Source: Bacteroidales bacterium (lineage in GTDB: Bacteria; Bacteroidota; Bacteroidia; Bacteroidales; UBA12077). From it: a DNA stretch of 27,600 nt. The DNA is taken from NCBI GenBank assembly GCA_028282585.1, contig JANQHR010000132.1:1-27600 (forward strand), given 5' to 3'. The notes under the pieces are model-generated. The model was not told where the DNA came from, ran no database searches, and saw nothing but the letters and a program-made list of their open reading frames with translations. The stretch's first letter is position 1. The number at the start of each line of letters is the position of its first letter. Below, in pieces: positions 10,024-18,711 of this stretch. The position numbers and the translations under genes are program-made.

Positions 10024-10136
10024 TTTTAACAAAAATAATAAAAATTGCAGTTAATCTTTAACACTATAGGCGTCTATAACTTCTTTTTATAGGTACTTTA
10101 TACCTTATGTTTCGTGATGTTAATCATAAATATAAA

Positions 10137-11162
10137 CTAACTAAACATAACTCTCTTAAGGTTTTTAATCTGATCCGGGTTTCCTAATACAAATAGTTGG
10201 TCATTTATAGTGATTTTAACATCTGGAGTTGGGTTAACAATATACTTGTTATCTGCTGTTTTTAATCCAATGATATTAGCACCTGTTGTGGATCGGATGG
10301 ACCATTCTCCAATAGTTTTTTCTGTAAACTGCTCTGATAATTTACTACACGAAATTTCCTCGATATAGGTATCTTCACTTTCGCGTAACATAATGTATTC
10401 CAGAAAATCCACGATGTCAGGTTGTGCAACTAATTTAGCCATACGCTGACCACCAATTTTATCTGGCATAATAACATTGGTTGCACCTGCATTTCTTAAT
10501 TTCTTATCGGTATTAAAGTTAGAAGCTCTGCTAACAATGGTTATATCAGGATTCATGGATCGGGCAGTTAGCACAACAAAAAGATTATCTGCATCGTTTG
10601 GCAAAGCTGTGATTAAGGCATTTGCCTTATCAATGCGAGCACCTAATAAGGTTTCGTCCAGGGTTGCATCGCCATGAATATAAAGAAACCTTGCTTCATC
10701 GCGAATTGATTCAATAATGGTTTCATTTTTATCGATAATTACAACCGGAAATTTATGTCGTATAAGTTCTTCTATTGCCTGTCTGCCATTTCGGCCATAA
10801 CCAACCACAATCACATGATTGTTTAATTTTTCGATCCTTGTTTTCACCTTATTATCCTTTAAATAGTTTCTTAAAACACCATCAACAATATAACGTGTAA
10901 GCGTTGTAACTGCATATGCAAAAATACCAAAGCTGATTACAATTAAAAAAGCTGTAAAAAATTGCCCGAACTGAGAAAGTGGATGTACCTCTCTGAAACC
11001 TACTGTTGATATGGTAATAATAGTCATAAAAAAGGCCTCAGTAAATGTAAAGCCTTCAACTAAAATATAACCTGAAGTTCCAATTACAACTATTAGCATT
11101 AGTAAACCTATTGCTATATAAAACGAACTAAAATTTTCACTTCTCAGGTTTCTGGATTTCAT
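10137..11162 (-). CDS. Potassium channel protein with TrkA-N/TrkA-C (RCK) domains
   Basis: Two TM helices, pore-like TISTVGF, Rossmann motif VVGYGRNG, and GDAT. Confidence 0.92.
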   Translation of the reverse strand: MKSRNLRSENFSSFYIAIGLLMLIVVIGTSGYILVEGFTFTEAFFMTIITISTVGFREVHPLSQFGQFFTAFLIVISFGIFAYAVTTLTRYIVDGVLRNYLKDNKVKTRIEKLNNHVIVVGYGRNGRQAIEELIRHKFPVVIIDKNETIIESIRDEARFLYIHGDATLDETLLGARIDKANALITALPNDADNLFVVLTARSMNPDITIVSRASNFNTDKKLRNAGATNVIMPDKIGGQRMAKLVAQPDIVDFLEYIMLRESEDTYIEEISCSKLSEQFTEKTIGEWSIRSTTGANIIGLKTADNKYIVNPTPDVKITINDQLFVLGNPDQIKNLKRVMFS

Positions 11163-12430
11163 TTCTTACCTCGAATTAAATTATTACCAATACGGCAATT
11201 TAAGCATTTTTTATGATTACAATATTTATTTTTTAGCTGAATTAAAGCCTGGGTTTCAAATGCATTTGCAGTTTTTATTCCTAACTCATTCCATCTCGAT
11301 ATAATTGAGTTTTTCTCTGCTTTCATATACTCCAGAAATTCAATGGCCCTATCCTGAAGTTCTAATAAACCTTTAGATTTACCATACACAAAAAGAAAAG
11401 GAATTATAGTATTTATTAAAATAATATCTATACCTGATTTCCCAATGCCTTTTATTTTTTTTACAGACTCTTTATTAAACTGATAATGAGTTTTCCAATA
11501 TTCAGAAGGGCTTACTTGCAATAATTCATAAAAATCTTTGACAGCTTTAATCTCCAATATTTTAGAGAATAAAGCTGATGATTTGTAAATCAATTTGGCA
11601 AATTGTGCTAAACGTATGGTAGGAAAATTTCCAGGACGCGATCTTAAGAATTTCCAAAGATGCTTTTGTATTGGTTTTAGCTTAAATTTATTCTTTAAAA
11701 ATTCATACTCTTTTTTTAACATTTCGAAATATTCATCACCGGATTCTTCTTCTAAAAATCCTGCCTGACCAAACAATAATGCTTCTATTTGAAGCAAATT
11801 TTCTTTGTGTTTTGCCAAATATATTAATGGCAGAGATTTTGCCAATTGCTCAAATGGGTCAGAATTTAGTTTAAATCCGAAATTTCTTGCTATTTGAATA
11901 TAGAATGCCTCTTCCCAACTATTCTTAGTTTGTTTTAGTAAATGTTCAATGCGAACCGACTTTTCTTCAAGCCTTTCAACGGTTAATTTTTCTATCCAGT
12001 TTTGAATTGTAAACGAATCGACTGAATTTATATCCTCTTGACATGAAATCCAAGTTTCTTTTGAGATTAAAGAGTCATAATTTTTTAATAAACTTTGATC
12101 AAACCTTAACTCCAAAGTTGGAATGGTTTGCCCATCGGTTCTTGAAATCTTTTTATCATCATTTTGCACAACCTGCAATATGACATTATCATATGCTTTA
12201 TTAGTATGATGATTATGTGCATACCAGTCCGACGAGTTAATATGAATCTCGACATTACCTGCCCAAACTGTGTTTCCTATCTTTATCTTGGCATTAAAAA
12301 AATCAGGTCCGGAATCATAATTATGAGCTCCCTGGCTTAGAATTTCAATATTTTCGTTATTTGTACTTCTTAAATCTGAATTCTGGTATAATTTATACTT
12401 CCAGATATAGTGTAGGAATTCTTCTTTCAT
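11159..12430 (-). CDS. DUF2851 family protein
   Basis: MKEEFLHYIWK, GPDFFNAKI, WAGNVEIH..SSDW..H.H, RPGNFPTIRLAQ and C-terminal YC..KKCLNC.IG. Confidence 0.9.
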   Translation of the reverse strand: MKEEFLHYIWKYKLYQNSDLRSTNNENIEILSQGAHNYDSGPDFFNAKIKIGNTVWAGNVEIHINSSDWYAHNHHTNKAYDNVILQVVQNDDKKISRTDGQTIPTLELRFDQSLLKNYDSLISKETWISCQEDINSVDSFTIQNWIEKLTVERLEEKSVRIEHLLKQTKNSWEEAFYIQIARNFGFKLNSDPFEQLAKSLPLIYLAKHKENLLQIEALLFGQAGFLEEESGDEYFEMLKKEYEFLKNKFKLKPIQKHLWKFLRSRPGNFPTIRLAQFAKLIYKSSALFSKILEIKAVKDFYELLQVSPSEYWKTHYQFNKESVKKIKGIGKSGIDIILINTIIPFLFVYGKSKGLLELQDRAIEFLEYMKAEKNSIISRWNELGIKTANAFETQALIQLKNKYCNHKKCLNCRIGNNLIRGKK

Positions 12431-12504
12431 TAATTTAATTTATGAATAATGTTCACTCATAAAAGTAATAATAAGTTTTAAAGAAATTGAATATTGATTA
12501 AATA

Positions 12505-13338
12505 TTATATAATGCCTTTTTCTTTAAGTAATTCTGCCATCTCATATTGAAGTTCGTGAGCCTTTTTGTTAGCAATTCGATCAAAATCGTGTGAATTTTC
12601 TGCATAAATTATCGAACGAGCAGAGTTTACCAGCAATCCACAATTATCGTTCAATCCGTTTTCAGCAACCTCTTTTAAACTTCCTCCCTGCGCTCCAACA
12701 CCTGGAATTAGCAAGAAATTATCAGGAACAATTTTTCTGATTTCTTTCAAATACTCAGCCTTTGTTGCTCCAACTACATACATCAAATTATCTTTGTCTC
12801 CCCATTCCAAAGATTTTTTAAGAACGGTTTTGTATAAATTTTTATTTGAATCTTCGATATTAAGTAATTGAAAATCTTTAGCACTTTCATTTGAAGTTAA
12901 AGCTAAAAGTATTACCCATTTGCGATCAAATTCCAAAAAGGGAGCCACGGAGTCTTTTCCCATGTAAGGTGCTACAGTAATAGCATCACAGTTTAATTGT
13001 TCGAAAAAAGCACGAGCATACATTTTTGATGTATTTCCTATATCTCCTCTTTTAGCATCGGCAATTACAAAAATCTCTTCATAAATAAGATTTATGTAGT
13101 TGATGGTTTTTTCAAGGCTTTTCCAGCCCGAAACCCCGTGCGCTTCATAAAAAGCAATATTTGGCTTATATGCAACCGTATATTGTGCGGTAGCATCAAT
13201 TATTCGTTTGTTAAATTCGAAAACAGGATCCTCTTCTTTGAGTAAAAAACTAGGAATTTTAGTAATATCGGTATCCAATCCAACACAAAGAAAGCTTTTT
13301 TTTCTTTTAATTTGTTCACATAATTGATTATAGTCCAT
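12505..13338 (-). CDS. pyrF: Orotidine-5'-phosphate decarboxylase
   Basis: [26 protein letters not shown] and [10 protein letters not shown]. Confidence 0.97.
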   Translation of the reverse strand: MDYNQLCEQIKRKKSFLCVGLDTDITKIPSFLLKEEDPVFEFNKRIIDATAQYTVAYKPNIAFYEAHGVSGWKSLEKTINYINLIYEEIFVIADAKRGDIGNTSKMYARAFFEQLNCDAITVAPYMGKDSVAPFLEFDRKWVILLALTSNESAKDFQLLNIEDSNKNLYKTVLKKSLEWGDKDNLMYVVGATKAEYLKEIRKIVPDNFLLIPGVGAQGGSLKEVAENGLNDNCGLLVNSARSIIYAENSHDFDRIANKKAHELQYEMAELLKEKGII

Positions 13339-13355
13339 ATTAATATTTATAATTT

Positions 13356-13396
13356 ATAAGGTATATGGGTATATGGGTATATCGTTATATGGTTAT
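13356..13396. repeat. Period-8 tandem microrepeat at the 3' flank of the four-helix-bundle gene
   Basis: From 13360: GGTATATG GGTATATG GGTATATC GTTATATG GTTAT. Confidence 0.85.
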
Positions 13397-13800
13397 TATT
13401 TAGCTTTTTGTAATTGTGATTTAACAAATTTAATAAAACCATTCAATGTAATTTTTGCCTCTTCAATTAAAATCAACCCTTTATCAAATTTTTCCCTATT
13501 TATGTAATTAAAATCAAAACACGTTATTAAGTGATCCTTTAGCTCATACATAGAAGCTCGTGAGATTCTATAAAATTGCATTCCCTCTTGATAATGATAC
13601 CTGCCATATCCCTCTGAGATATTAGCTGTTATACTAACACTAGCTTTTCTTATTTGAATATTCAGATTATATTTTTCATCTTCAGGTAAAAGAGGAATAA
13701 CCTCATTATAAAAAAATAACTTTACTAATCTAGCTTTCTTCCAAGCCTCAAGAGAAGTAAAATCTTTTTTTTCATTATATCCTAAATTCTCAAAAGTCAT
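13396..13800 (-). CDS. Four helix bundle protein (23S rRNA intervening-sequence protein / bAvd-like fold)
   Basis: FTSLEAWKKA, LPEDEKYNL..QIRKASVSITANISEGYGR, FYRISRASMYEL..HL and LNGFIK. The ATG at 13800 is preferred over the TTG at 13812. Confidence 0.92.
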   Translation of the reverse strand: MTFENLGYNEKKDFTSLEAWKKARLVKLFFYNEVIPLLPEDEKYNLNIQIRKASVSITANISEGYGRYHYQEGMQFYRISRASMYELKDHLITCFDFNYINREKFDKGLILIEEAKITLNGFIKFVKSQLQKAK

Positions 13801-13825
13801 AAATAACGACAATCTTTTTACTTTC

Positions 13826-13860
13826 TTTATACCTTATCAATTATAACCTATACTCTATTC
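13826..13860. repeat. Degenerate microrepeat array at the 5' flank, inverted relative to 13356-13396
   Basis: TTTATACC TTATCAAT TATAACCT ATACTCTA. TATACCTTAT (13828-13837) is the exact reverse complement of ATAAGGTATA (13356-13365). Confidence 0.6.
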
Positions 13861-14931
13861 AACACCAGCTTCTTTTAATCTTTCAGTATTCTCTGCCATT
13901 TGCAATTGATCAATGATTTCCTGAATATCGCCACCAACTATAGCAGGTAAATTATATAGGGTAAGGTTTATTCTATGATCAGTAACCCTCCCCTGTGGGT
14001 AATTGTACGTTCGAATCTTTGCAGAACGGTCACCAGTAGATACCATCGTTTTGCGCTTTGATGCAATCTCATCCATATATTTTTGGTATTCCAAATTATA
14101 TAAACGAGTTTTCAATTCTTTCATCGCCTTATCCAAGTTCTTTAACTTAGATTTTTGATCCTGGCAAGTAACAACAATCCCGGAAGGAATGTGTGTTAAT
14201 CGAATGGCGGAATACGTTGTATTAACCGACTGTCCCCCAGGTCCCGATGAACAATATTCGTCTCTTTTAATATCTTCTTGCTTTAACTCAATGTCGAATT
14301 CTTCAGCTTCCGGTAAAACTGCAACCGTTGCAGCAGATGTATGAACACGCCCTTGTGTTTCGGTTTGTGGTACGCGCTGCACCCGGTGCACTCCAGATTC
14401 ATATTTTAAAATACCATAAACTCCAGCACCAGAAACTTTCATTACTATTTCTTTATAGCCCCCTACAGTACCTTCGCTTAAGTTGGTAACCTCAATATTC
14501 CATTTTTTACTTTCACAGAAATGCGTGTACATTTTAAACAAGTCGCCTGCAAAAATACTTGCCTCATCACCCCCGGTTCCTGCACGAATCTCAAGAATCG
14601 CATTTTTATCATCTTCAGGATCTTTTGGAAGAAGTAAAATCTTAATTTCCTCCTCTAACGGGTTCACTTGTCCTTCCAGTTCATCTAATTCCATTTTAGC
14701 CATATCACGCATTTCTTCATCTTTCTCGGTCGCTAAAATTTCCTTGGCATCCTTTATATTGCTTAATATATTTTTATATTTTTCGTACGTTTCAACCAGC
14801 GGTTCAAGGTCTTTGTACTCTTTATTTAACTTTACGTACCTCTTCATATCAGAAATAACCTCTGGATCGGTTATTAACTGCCCAACTTCTTCAAACCTTA
14901 ACTTAACCCCTTCTAATTTCTCTAATATCAT
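13855..14931 (-). CDS. prfA: Peptide chain release factor 1
   Basis: [35 protein letters not shown] and [15 protein letters not shown]. Confidence 0.98.
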   Translation of the reverse strand: MILEKLEGVKLRFEEVGQLITDPEVISDMKRYVKLNKEYKDLEPLVETYEKYKNILSNIKDAKEILATEKDEEMRDMAKMELDELEGQVNPLEEEIKILLLPKDPEDDKNAILEIRAGTGGDEASIFAGDLFKMYTHFCESKKWNIEVTNLSEGTVGGYKEIVMKVSGAGVYGILKYESGVHRVQRVPQTETQGRVHTSAATVAVLPEAEEFDIELKQEDIKRDEYCSSGPGGQSVNTTYSAIRLTHIPSGIVVTCQDQKSKLKNLDKAMKELKTRLYNLEYQKYMDEIASKRKTMVSTGDRSAKIRTYNYPQGRVTDHRINLTLYNLPAIVGGDIQEIIDQLQMAENTERLKEAGVE

Positions 14932-14955
14932 ATTATTATCTTCTTATAAATTCGT

Positions 14956-14973
14956 TGCAAAATTAATAATTAA
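14956..14973 (-). promoter_or_regulatory. -7 promoter region of prfA (TAATTTTG at 14958-14965)
   Basis: Consensus -7 element. The surrounding 18-mer is identical to 16176-16193. Confidence 0.65.
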
Positions 14974-14985
14974 TTTAAATCAATC

Positions 14986-16155
14986 TTAATATTGGAACTC
15001 ACCGAATTCGCTTTTTATGGTAAGTTTGTTTTTGTCAGCTTTTTCACAACGCCCAATTATTCTGGCATCTACATTAAAACTTTTTGAAATATTAATGATT
15101 TCTTGTGCATATTCAGCATTGATATATATTTCCATTCTATGCCCCATATTAAAGACTTTATACATTTCTTCCCAGGATGTTCCGGATTCTTTCTGAATAA
15201 TCCTGAAAAGCTCCGGCAATTCAAATAAATCATCCTTAATAACATGCAACTTATCAACAAAGTTCATAACCTTAGTTTGTGCGCCCCCTGAGCAATGAAT
15301 TAACCCATGAATCTTTGATCTGAACTCTTTAAAGATCTTGATCATAATAGGTGCATAAGTTCTTGTTGGTGATAGTACTAGCTTACCTGCATCTAAACCC
15401 AGAGATTCAATTTTATCAGTTAACTTATAGCTTCCTGAATATACAACCTCTGAAGGAACAGTAGGATCAAAACTTTCAGGATAACTCTCTGCTAAATATT
15501 TACTAAATACATCATGCCTGGCAGAAGTTAAACCATTACTTCCCATACCACCGTTATGTTCTCGTTCGTAACTTGCCTTTCCAAAAGATGATAAGCCAAT
15601 AACTACATCTCCATCCTGAATTCTTGAATTATCAATCACATTCGATCGTTTCATCCTGCAAGTAACTGTTGAGTCAACAATAATTGTACGAACAAGATCA
15701 CCAACATCAGCTGTCTCACCTCCTGTTGAAAAAATTGAAATGCCTAATTCTCTTAACTCTGCTAGCAATTCTTCTGTTCCATTAATGATTGCAGCAATAA
15801 CTTCTCCCGGTATCAGGTTCTTATTCCTACCAATGGTTGATGATAAAAGAATATTATCCGTGGCACCAACACATAACAGATCGTCAAGGTTCATGACGAT
15901 TGCATCTTGTGCTATACCTTTCCAAACAGATAAATCTCCTGTCTCTTTCCAATATAAATATGCCAGCGACGATTTAGTACCTGCACCATCAGCGTGCATA
16001 ATATTACAGTATTCTTCATCTCCTCCAATAATATCTGGTATAATTTTACAAAAAGCCTTTGGATACAAGCCTTTATCAATGTTTTTAATAGCATTATGCA
16101 CATCTTCTTTTGATGCTGAAACTCCCCTTAAATTATAACGTGAATCTTGAGACAT
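14986..16155 (-). CDS. purM: Phosphoribosylformylglycinamidine cyclo-ligase (AIR synthase), Bacteroidota type
   Basis: RGVSASKEDVH, MHADGAGTKS, GGETADVGD, GSNGLTSARH and VFNMGHRME. Confidence 0.92.
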   Translation of the reverse strand: MSQDSRYNLRGVSASKEDVHNAIKNIDKGLYPKAFCKIIPDIIGGDEEYCNIMHADGAGTKSSLAYLYWKETGDLSVWKGIAQDAIVMNLDDLLCVGATDNILLSSTIGRNKNLIPGEVIAAIINGTEELLAELRELGISIFSTGGETADVGDLVRTIIVDSTVTCRMKRSNVIDNSRIQDGDVVIGLSSFGKASYEREHNGGMGSNGLTSARHDVFSKYLAESYPESFDPTVPSEVVYSGSYKLTDKIESLGLDAGKLVLSPTRTYAPIMIKIFKEFRSKIHGLIHCSGGAQTKVMNFVDKLHVIKDDLFELPELFRIIQKESGTSWEEMYKVFNMGHRMEIYINAEYAQEIINISKSFNVDARIIGRCEKADKNKLTIKSEFGEFQY

Positions 16156-16175
16156 ATTTGTGATTTATTTGAGAA

Positions 16176-16193
16176 TGCAAAATTAATAATTAA
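16176..16193 (-). promoter_or_regulatory. -7 promoter region of purM (TAATTTTG at 16178-16185)
   Basis: Consensus -7 element 22 nt upstream of the ATG. Confidence 0.65.
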
Positions 16194-16209
16194 CGATCAA
16201 ATTTGAAAT

Positions 16210-16239
16210 AAAAAAAAGATTCCCGAAAAATCGGGAATC
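16210..16239 (-). terminator. Intrinsic terminator after the OmpA/PorE-like gene
   Basis: GATTCCCGA/TCGGGAATC stem with an A9 tract. Confidence 0.88.
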
Positions 16240-16261
16240 CACTTTCAATAATTTATTTAAT

Positions 16262-18232
16262 TTAATTCTTTGGTTGAAAATTGGTTGCTATGACCTGAAA
16301 TTCTGTTCTACGATTAACCTGATGAGCTATTTCCTTTTCTTCTTCAGACTCTAAGCTTTCAATAAACTCAGGTTTTAACTCTACCCCTTCAGTCAAGAAT
16401 GAATTTTGTGCCGCAGTTTTCTTATCAACAACTTTTGGCATTGTTGCTGCATAGCCTTTTGCTCTTAATCTTGCAGGTTGAATTCCTTTTTCGATTAGAT
16501 AATTTACAACCGACTGCGCGCGCTTTTGTGATAACTCAACATTTGTTAAGGCACTACCCCTTGAATCGGTATGAGAGCGCAATTCAATAACAACATTTGG
16601 ATTATCATTTAAAGTTTCAACTAACTTATCCAATGCAACCATCGATTCAGGACGAAGATCCCATTTCGCAAAATCATAGAAAATATTTGGTAATTCAATA
16701 GGCTCTGCAATAGACGACAATCTAATTTCTGCACTGAAAGTCTGGCTTTCAGTAACACCTTTTGTAGTTTCTTTTTCTTTTCCCGTTAAGAAACCTTTCT
16801 TTGATGCTACAAAAACATAATCTGTATTAGGACGAAGCATAAATCTGAATGCTCCCTCATCATCAGTTTCATTAGTTAATGTCATACCATCACTACCTAC
16901 CAACTTAATTGTTGCATTTGCCAGAGGTCCATCTGTTTTATCATTTAACACAATACCCTCAACATTAAATTTCAAAGGAGGTAAAACAAATGAATAAATA
17001 TCATCATCACCATCCCGGGAAGAACTGAAATAACCTCTTTCTTTTTCTTTTTCAATTACAATTGCAAAATCATCCTTTGTAGAATTAATAGGATATCTCA
17101 TATTCTCAACCTTCCAGTTTCCGTTTTCTTTAGTTGCTCTAAAAATATCAAGACCTCCCATACCTAAATGATAATCGGAAGAAAAATACAGAGTCCCATC
17201 ATCATGTATAAATGGGAACATTTCGTTACCAGGAGTATTAATTTCTGCACCGAGCGATTCCGGTGAACCCCAGTCTCCTTCAGGGCTTGTTCTTGTAACC
17301 TTCCAAATATCTTTTTGCCCTTGTCCACCTTTCATATCAGTTACAAAATATAAAGTAAGTTCATCATCCGATAGGGATGGGTGTGCAATTATAATACTAT
17401 CATCAACCATTAAAACCGGTTCAGCTTTTCCCCACTCATCATTCCTTTTTTTAGACTGATAAACCATGCAACCAATAGCATCTCTTTTATGACGTTCACA
17501 GCGAGTAAAGAACATGGTATTAAAATCTTTACTCATTGAAATTGCTCCTTCCTCAAACTCAGTATTAATATTTTCTCCTAAAGGCACCGGTGTACTCCAA
17601 TTTCCTTTCTTATCTTTCTTTGATGTAAATACATCGGAGAAATTTAATCCGGTTCCGCCATGCGTATCATCACCTGTTGCACCATCACGTGAAGAGGTAA
17701 AATAAACCTCGTCATACTCAATCTTAGCAAACGCAGGGCTATACTCACTTTCTTTAGAGTTAAAGAATTTCATATTAGCAACTTTGTATCCGTTAGGATT
17801 TTCTGTCCATTTAATTGCTAACTCACATGATTTTATACCCATTTCTCCCTGAGGGTCATTAGGCACCAGCTTTTTATATTCTTTATAATTTTCAATAGCG
17901 TCTTCGAACTTCTCATTCATTTTTAATGCATCAGCATAGTATAAATAAATAACAGGATTAGAATGTTTCTTTTGTATAGCCTTTTTATACCACATTTCAG
18001 CTTTACGAGGCTGGTTAGTTTTTCTATAACACTCAGAAACCTGAAAGGTAATTTCTGTTTTAATATCATTATCGGTTACCTTACTATATGCGTCACGGAG
18101 CAAGTCAATTGCTTGATAGTATTGTCCGTTTTCATAATATGTATTTGCTTTATTATATACACTTATCTGTGCAACTGAAGCACTATGTATTAAAATTAAA
18201 ATACTAAAAACAAATAAGGCTCTAATTTTCAT
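16262..18232 (-). CDS. PorE-like protein: TPR, PD40 beta-propeller, carboxypeptidase-regulatory-like and OmpA C-terminal domains
   Basis: N-terminal TPR helices, PD40 repeats (LYFSSD...GMGGLDIF) and OmpA motifs IFYDFAKWDLRPES, SHTDSRG, LSQKRAQSVV.YL and NRRTEF. Confidence 0.85.
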   Translation of the reverse strand: MKIRALFVFSILILIHSASVAQISVYNKANTYYENGQYYQAIDLLRDAYSKVTDNDIKTEITFQVSECYRKTNQPRKAEMWYKKAIQKKHSNPVIYLYYADALKMNEKFEDAIENYKEYKKLVPNDPQGEMGIKSCELAIKWTENPNGYKVANMKFFNSKESEYSPAFAKIEYDEVYFTSSRDGATGDDTHGGTGLNFSDVFTSKKDKKGNWSTPVPLGENINTEFEEGAISMSKDFNTMFFTRCERHKRDAIGCMVYQSKKRNDEWGKAEPVLMVDDSIIIAHPSLSDDELTLYFVTDMKGGQGQKDIWKVTRTSPEGDWGSPESLGAEINTPGNEMFPFIHDDGTLYFSSDYHLGMGGLDIFRATKENGNWKVENMRYPINSTKDDFAIVIEKEKERGYFSSSRDGDDDIYSFVLPPLKFNVEGIVLNDKTDGPLANATIKLVGSDGMTLTNETDDEGAFRFMLRPNTDYVFVASKKGFLTGKEKETTKGVTESQTFSAEIRLSSIAEPIELPNIFYDFAKWDLRPESMVALDKLVETLNDNPNVVIELRSHTDSRGSALTNVELSQKRAQSVVNYLIEKGIQPARLRAKGYAATMPKVVDKKTAAQNSFLTEGVELKPEFIESLESEEEKEIAHQVNRRTEFQVIATNFQPKN

Positions 18233-18351
18233 AACTTTCGCGATTACTTAATGGTAAAGTGTAAAAGTAAGATTTTTTAAATAAAATAAAAAGATGATAA
18301 ATGTTGAGATTCCTCTATTAACATATTACGTTAAACCAGATAAAATATTGT

Positions 18352-18388
18352 AAAAAACCCGGTAATTATATAATATAATTACCGGGCT
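18352..18388 (-). terminator. Terminator-like perfect inverted repeat downstream of the 49-aa ORF
   Basis: CCCGGTAATTATATA-A-TATATAATTACCGGG (15-bp arms, 18358-18388) with A6 on the left, which reads as a U-tail on the minus strand. Confidence 0.8.
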
Positions 18389-18456
18389 GATATGGATTTA
18401 TTTAAAATATACTTAATTTTCCCTAAGTATCACCAAAATTGATTATGCAACTTACA

Positions 18457-18606
18457 TTACCAAAACATTTTTCCTTCAATAGGTGCATTAGCTTTTACGG
18501 AAATACCACGGTTCTTAACCTGCTTTATCGCTTTTGAAAGCATTGCCGCCCTCTCACTTGCTTTTGATCTTACATTTACACCTTTTTGTTTTATTTCTTT
18601 TTTCAT
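18457..18606 (-). CDS. Unannotated 49-aa basic small protein, MKKEIKQKGVNVRSKASERAAMLSKAIKQVKNRGISVKANAPIEGKMFW
   Basis: Translated by hand. AAAGGAGG lies 8 nt before the ATG (18615-18622), a -7-like TAATTTCG at 18656-18663, and a terminator downstream. Confidence 0.7.
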   Translation of the reverse strand: MKKEIKQKGVNVRSKASERAAMLSKAIKQVKNRGISVKANAPIEGKMFW

Positions 18607-18711
18607 TTTTCTTTCCTCCTTTAATTTAAATTTTTATTTCCTTCCTATCGTTGCACGAAATTACACTTTACATATAACGTAAATATAAGCTGTATATTAA
18701 ATACGTGTAAA

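Noticed and set aside
13356-13396. CRISPR array interpretation of the microrepeats
   Set aside because: Units are 7-11 nt and tandem, with no unique spacers, and there are no cas genes.
13396-13800. Diversity-generating retroelement or 23S rRNA intervening sequence
   Set aside because: There is no reverse transcriptase, no template/variable repeat pair and no rRNA sequence in the window. Only the protein fold is shared.
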